This document shows positions 38,079 through 42,131 of a stretch of 42,131 nt of DNA, in pieces (position 1 is the stretch's first letter; each line of letters opens with the position of its first letter). The position numbers were made by a program, and so were the translations under genes. Source of the DNA: Actinomycetota bacterium. Lineage in GTDB: Bacteria > Actinomycetota > UBA4738 > HRBIN12. Under the pieces are notes generated by a model. That model did no database searches, was not told the DNA's origin, and was given only the letters and a program-made list of their open reading frames with translations. The stretch covers positions 1-42,131 of the forward strand of contig JBKPDU010000029.1 of the NCBI GenBank assembly GCA_046728055.1, written 5' to 3'.

Positions 38079-39254
38079 GTGCCTCACATCTCACCGTTCG
38101 TCGGCCTGCTCTTCGATCGGTCCAGGGTCGGTTCGCTCGAGCGGATCACGACCCCGCCCTACGACACCATGTCCCCCGAGGAGCACCGACGCTACCTGCA
38201 GGCCAGCCCTCACAACGTCATCCGGCTCGACCTCGGCGAGGACCGTCCGGGAGACGACGGGACCGGCGACAAGTATAGGCGGGCCTCCCAGCTGCTCCGC
38301 GAGTGGCGTGCGCGCGGGATCCTGGTCGAAACGCCACGAGCTGCCTACTTCCCGTACGAGATGGGGTTCAGCCTTGGAGACCGTCATCGACGGATCGTCG
38401 GGTTGATCGGTGCCGTGGAGTTGGAGGACTGGGGAGGCTCCATCGTCCCGCACGAGCGCACGGCGCAGGGACCGGTGGAGGACCGCCTCCGGCTCATCAG
38501 GGAGATCCGGGCGAACCTGTCGTGCGTCCACGCCGTGTTCTTCGAGCCCTCGTCGGCCCTCGCGGCACTCCTGAAGCGAGCGCGGAGGACCGAACCACTG
38601 GCAGAGGCTCAGGATGAGGAAGGAGTGATCCACCGCCTGTGGATGGCCGAGGACCAGGAGGGCGTCGAGGAGTCGCTGGCCCGCCAAACGTTGCTGATCG
38701 CCGACGGTCATCACCGCTACGCCATGGCTCTGGCCTATCGAGACGAGATGCGTGCCGCCCACGGTCCCGGCCCGTGGGACAAGACCATGATGCTGCTCAT
38801 GGACGCGGCCGCGGAGGATCCCCCGGTCCTTCCGTACCACCGCATCGTGCGTGCCCACGCCCCACCCCTGGACGGGACACGGGTCCGTGACCTCCAGGAG
38901 GTGCTGGACGAGGTCGACGACGAAGGCCTGGTCTTCGGGGCGGCCACCATGGAGGACGGAGAGCTCCTCCATCGGGTGGCCCACCTGGAGGGCGAGCCGC
39001 CGACGGTCTCCGCTCTTCACCGCGTGTTGCTCGCCGGCAGGGACGACGACCTGGCATTCACCCCAGACGCGGTCCGAGCGGAGGATGCCGTCCGGTCGGG
39101 CCAGGCGGAGGCCGCATTGTTCCTCCCGCCCACTACAGCCGACCGGATCCGCGACGTGATCGCCCGGAACGAGCAGCTGCCACAGAAGTCCACGTTCTTC
39201 TGGCCCAAGCCCCGCACCGGGATGGTCATCCGACCACTCGATCACCCGGGGTGA
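38079..39254 (+). CDS. DUF1015 family protein
   Basis: PF.GL, TPPYD, SPHNVIRL, PHE.T, DRL.L, IADGHHRY, LPQKSTFFWPK..TG. Confidence 0.9.
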   Translation: MPHISPFVGLLFDRSRVGSLERITTPPYDTMSPEEHRRYLQASPHNVIRLDLGEDRPGDDGTGDKYRRASQLLREWRARGILVETPRAAYFPYEMGFSLGDRHRRIVGLIGAVELEDWGGSIVPHERTAQGPVEDRLRLIREIRANLSCVHAVFFEPSSALAALLKRARRTEPLAEAQDEEGVIHRLWMAEDQEGVEESLARQTLLIADGHHRYAMALAYRDEMRAAHGPGPWDKTMMLLMDAAAEDPPVLPYHRIVRAHAPPLDGTRVRDLQEVLDEVDDEGLVFGAATMEDGELLHRVAHLEGEPPTVSALHRVLLAGRDDDLAFTPDAVRAEDAVRSGQAEAALFLPPTTADRIRDVIARNEQLPQKSTFFWPKPRTGMVIRPLDHPG

Positions 39255-39281
39255 GCCGATCGTCCAGGCCCCCGCTGGTCG

Positions 39282-39599
39282 CTACTCCTCCTCCTCCGGA
39301 TCCAACTTCTTGATCCCGGTGGCCACCACCTCTGTGAGGCTCCGGGCGCCGGCTCCGCTCCGGTAGAACCGCCTGGCAAGTTGGCCGTACACCAGGACGT
39401 CGTCGCCCTTGGTGATGCCCTTGATGGCGCGCTTGCCCACGGTCTTGTGCCACAGGGCGATCGGGAGAGGGAGCAAGCGCTTCCCGGACTCCGGGACCGA
39501 CAGCCGGAGCTCGGTGACCTCGTCTCCTGACGGCATCGTCCTGTCCACCGGATCCGCCGCCACCGTGCCGGCGAGCACGACCACGTTGACCGTCACCAT
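39282..39599 (-). CDS. Short single-stranded DNA-binding (OB-fold) protein, SsbB-like
   Basis: NVVVLAG....P..RTMPSG, GDDVLVYGQLARRF...TEVVA; 105 aa. Confidence 0.8.
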   Translation of the reverse strand: MVTVNVVVLAGTVAADPVDRTMPSGDEVTELRLSVPESGKRLLPLPIALWHKTVGKRAIKGITKGDDVLVYGQLARRFYRSGAGARSLTEVVATGIKKLDPEEEE

Positions 39600-39713
39600 T
39601 CGTTCACCGGCCGATCACCGCTCCTCCATTGTCGACGGACCGTAGCAGCACCCACTGACACCCTGTCCGCGACTTCCGAAACGACCCGCTCGGCACCGCC
39701 GTAGACTCCCGGC

Positions 39714-40691
39714 GTGGGAGCGGTCACGTTCGACGTGGCTCCGGGCATCACGGCGATCGACACGCAGATGGCCGGGCGCGACCGGTCCACGGCCGCGTAC
39801 GTGCTCCAGGACGAGGAGACGACCATCGTCGAGACCGGCCCCACCACTTCGGTTGAGCCGGTGACCGAGGGGTTGGCCTCGCTCGGTGTCGGCCCCTCCG
39901 ACCTGGCCAACGTGGTGCTGACCCATATCCACCTGGACCATGCGGGCGGCGTTGGCCGTATCGCTGCGGCGTTCCCACGGGCAACGATCTGGGTTCACGA
40001 ACGAGGGGCCCCCCATCTCGCCGATCCGACCAGGCTGGTGGCCAGCGCCAGTCGGGTCTACGGAGAGGAACGGATGGCCGAGTGGTTCGGACCCGTCGAG
40101 GCGGTCGAGCCCAACCGCCTGAGGGCGATCGGGGACGGTGAGCGCATCCGGTTGCGCGGCAGGGATCTCGAGGTCCTGTACACACCCGGCCACGCGTCCC
40201 ACCACGTGGCCCTCGTGGATTCGGAATCCGGTGCCGTCCTCACGGGTGACGCGCTCGGCATCCACGTGCCCGACCTCCCGGTGCTGCGACCGGCCACGCC
40301 ACCCCCGGACTTCGATCTCGAGCTCGCGCTCGACAGCATCGAGCGGATCCGGTCCCGCGCCAGCTCGGTTCTGCTGTTCGCCCACTTCGGCCCGATCCAG
40401 GACATCGATCGGACGTGCGAGCTCGCGGAGCAGCGAATTCGGAGCTGGGCCGAGTCCGTCCGGGAGGCGATGGAGACGACCGACGACCTGGACGAGATCG
40501 CGGAACGGCTGGTCCGGGAGAGCGCGCGCGATATCGAGACCGGCGCAGAAGCCGACCTCGACCTGGACGCGCTCGAGGAGCGGTTGCAGCTGCTGTCCAG
40601 CATCCGGATGAACGCGATGGGGCTGATGCGCTTCTGGTCCAAGCGACGCGACATTGAGCGTGTCGGCGAGCAGCCGGCTCAGCCCAGCTGA
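39714..40691 (+). CDS. MBL-fold metallo-hydrolase
   Basis: THIHLDHAGG, TPGHASHH, TGDA, AHFG; -10 TAGACT 6 nt before the GTG (leaderless-like). Confidence 0.9.
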   Translation: MGAVTFDVAPGITAIDTQMAGRDRSTAAYVLQDEETTIVETGPTTSVEPVTEGLASLGVGPSDLANVVLTHIHLDHAGGVGRIAAAFPRATIWVHERGAPHLADPTRLVASASRVYGEERMAEWFGPVEAVEPNRLRAIGDGERIRLRGRDLEVLYTPGHASHHVALVDSESGAVLTGDALGIHVPDLPVLRPATPPPDFDLELALDSIERIRSRASSVLLFAHFGPIQDIDRTCELAEQRIRSWAESVREAMETTDDLDEIAERLVRESARDIETGAEADLDLDALEERLQLLSSIRMNAMGLMRFWSKRRDIERVGEQPAQPS

Positions 40692-41404
40692 GCCAGCCGC
40701 TCGGCGACGTCATACGCGGCCGGATCGTGCCGCATGATCCTGCGGAACGTTCGCTCGGCCTCCTGGGTCCGCCCGGCCCGCTGAAGGACGTCGGCCATCA
40801 CGTACCACACGCGGAGCACCTCCGGGCCGGCGACGTCATCCCTGGTCTTGACCCGGCGCAACAGTCCGAGCGCCTCATCGAACTTGCCCATGTCCGCCAG
40901 CGCGCTCGCCGCGACGATCACCGCCTCCGCCTTCGCCGACAACGGGACGCCCTGAGCTGCCAGGGCCTCCTCGGCCAGCGGGACCGCCCGTTCGGGATGT
41001 CCGGCCGCGCGCAAGCAATCGGCGATGATGTGGTTCTGATCGGCCCGGCCCGACATCCGTCGGTACGCCTGCATCTCGGAGAGGGCCTCGCCGAACCGAT
41101 CCTGGACGTACAGGGCCAGGCCCAGGACCTCTCGGATCGTCGGCGAGCGAGGTGCGAGGTCCTTCGCCTTTCGGGCCTCGGTCGCGGCTCCCTTCGCGTC
41201 GCCTCGCTCGAGCAGCTCGATGGCCCGCTCCAGCCCGGCCATGGCGGCCTGCTGCTTGCCGGCCCGAGCCGTCCGGTTCAGCTCATCGCGGATGTCGCGG
41301 GGAAGCCCACGAGGGTGGGGTCCCGGAGGCCGACGGGGACCGGGGCGAGGACGGAATGCCTTGGGCACGGCGTCACCTAGCCTACCCGCAGGCACTCCGG
41401 ACAC
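40679..41404 (-). CDS. Tetratricopeptide repeat protein
   Basis: REVLGLALY...F.EAL, ADCLRAAG.PERA, RVWYVMADVL...GR..EA, YDVAERL; start uncertain. Confidence 0.8.
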   Translation of the reverse strand: MSGVPAGRLGDAVPKAFRPRPGPRRPPGPHPRGLPRDIRDELNRTARAGKQQAAMAGLERAIELLERGDAKGAATEARKAKDLAPRSPTIREVLGLALYVQDRFGEALSEMQAYRRMSGRADQNHIIADCLRAAGHPERAVPLAEEALAAQGVPLSAKAEAVIVAASALADMGKFDEALGLLRRVKTRDDVAGPEVLRVWYVMADVLQRAGRTQEAERTFRRIMRHDPAAYDVAERLAQLG

Positions 41405-41413
41405 TGGCGGAAA

Positions 41414-41445
41414 GCAAGAGAGCCGCCCGAAGGCGGCTCTCTTGC
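41414..41445 (-). terminator. Intrinsic terminator of the rRNA operon
   Basis: 14-bp perfect stem GCAAGAGAGCCGCC with a UUCG loop on the minus strand, followed by TTT, just after 5S. Confidence 0.85.
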
Positions 41446-41450
41446 AAGGT

Positions 41451-41570
41451 GTTCCGGCAGCGACCTACTCTCCCACCCGGTCGCCCGGGCAGTACCATCG
41501 GCGCTGGAGGGCTTAACTTCCGGGTTCGGGATGGGACCGGGTGGTTCCCCTCCGCCATGGCCACCGAAAC
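41451..41570 (-). rRNA. rrf: 5S ribosomal RNA
   Basis: CCCATCCCGAACCCGGAAGTTAAGC, GCCGATGGTACTG, GGGAGAGTAGGTCGCTGCCG on the minus strand. Confidence 0.97.
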
Positions 41571-41654
41571 GGCGCCTCGGATCCGCTGCGGACCCGACGA
41601 CTGAAGGTGCGAGCTCCGAGCAGAGCCCGGAACGCGATAGCGAGCGCGAGCAAG

Positions 41655-42131
<477 letters not shown>

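Overview
High-GC bacterial chromosomal window from an Actinomycetota member, probably a deep-branching lineage. Actinobacterial markers (DUF4193, GarA-like FHA/MerR/BFN cluster, SteA/SteB, Lnt-Ppm1 fusion) sit alongside Bacillota-style split gcvPA/gcvPB, AroH, DeoB and Pdp. Most of the window is a core housekeeping block read on the minus strand: the 3' end of an rRNA operon (23S, 5S), then tlyA-nadK-steAB-pyrG-nudix-ald-xerD-deoB-pdp-trpS-scpAB-rluB-aroH-tyrA-aroA-cmk-der-tRNA-Pro, then pgsA-gcvH-FHA-merR-dac-hpt-bfn-merR-gcvPA/PB. This block converges with four plus-strand genes at a 28-bp dif-like site (4965-4992), so the window probably spans the replication terminus. The most unusual items are: (1) a 5'-truncated reverse transcriptase with a WVDD motif and apparently no thumb domain, overlapping an amidohydrolase; (2) a ~100-nt structured RNA candidate with its own near-consensus promoter just downstream; (3) a trpS with no ATG/GTG/TTG upstream of its HIGH motif; (4) a repeated TCRACCT-N8-RGGTTGA operator-like motif; (5) a small PD-(D/E)xK-like ORF. 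No CRISPR array, IS element or prophage was seen. All calls come from reading motifs by eye; no database searches were run.
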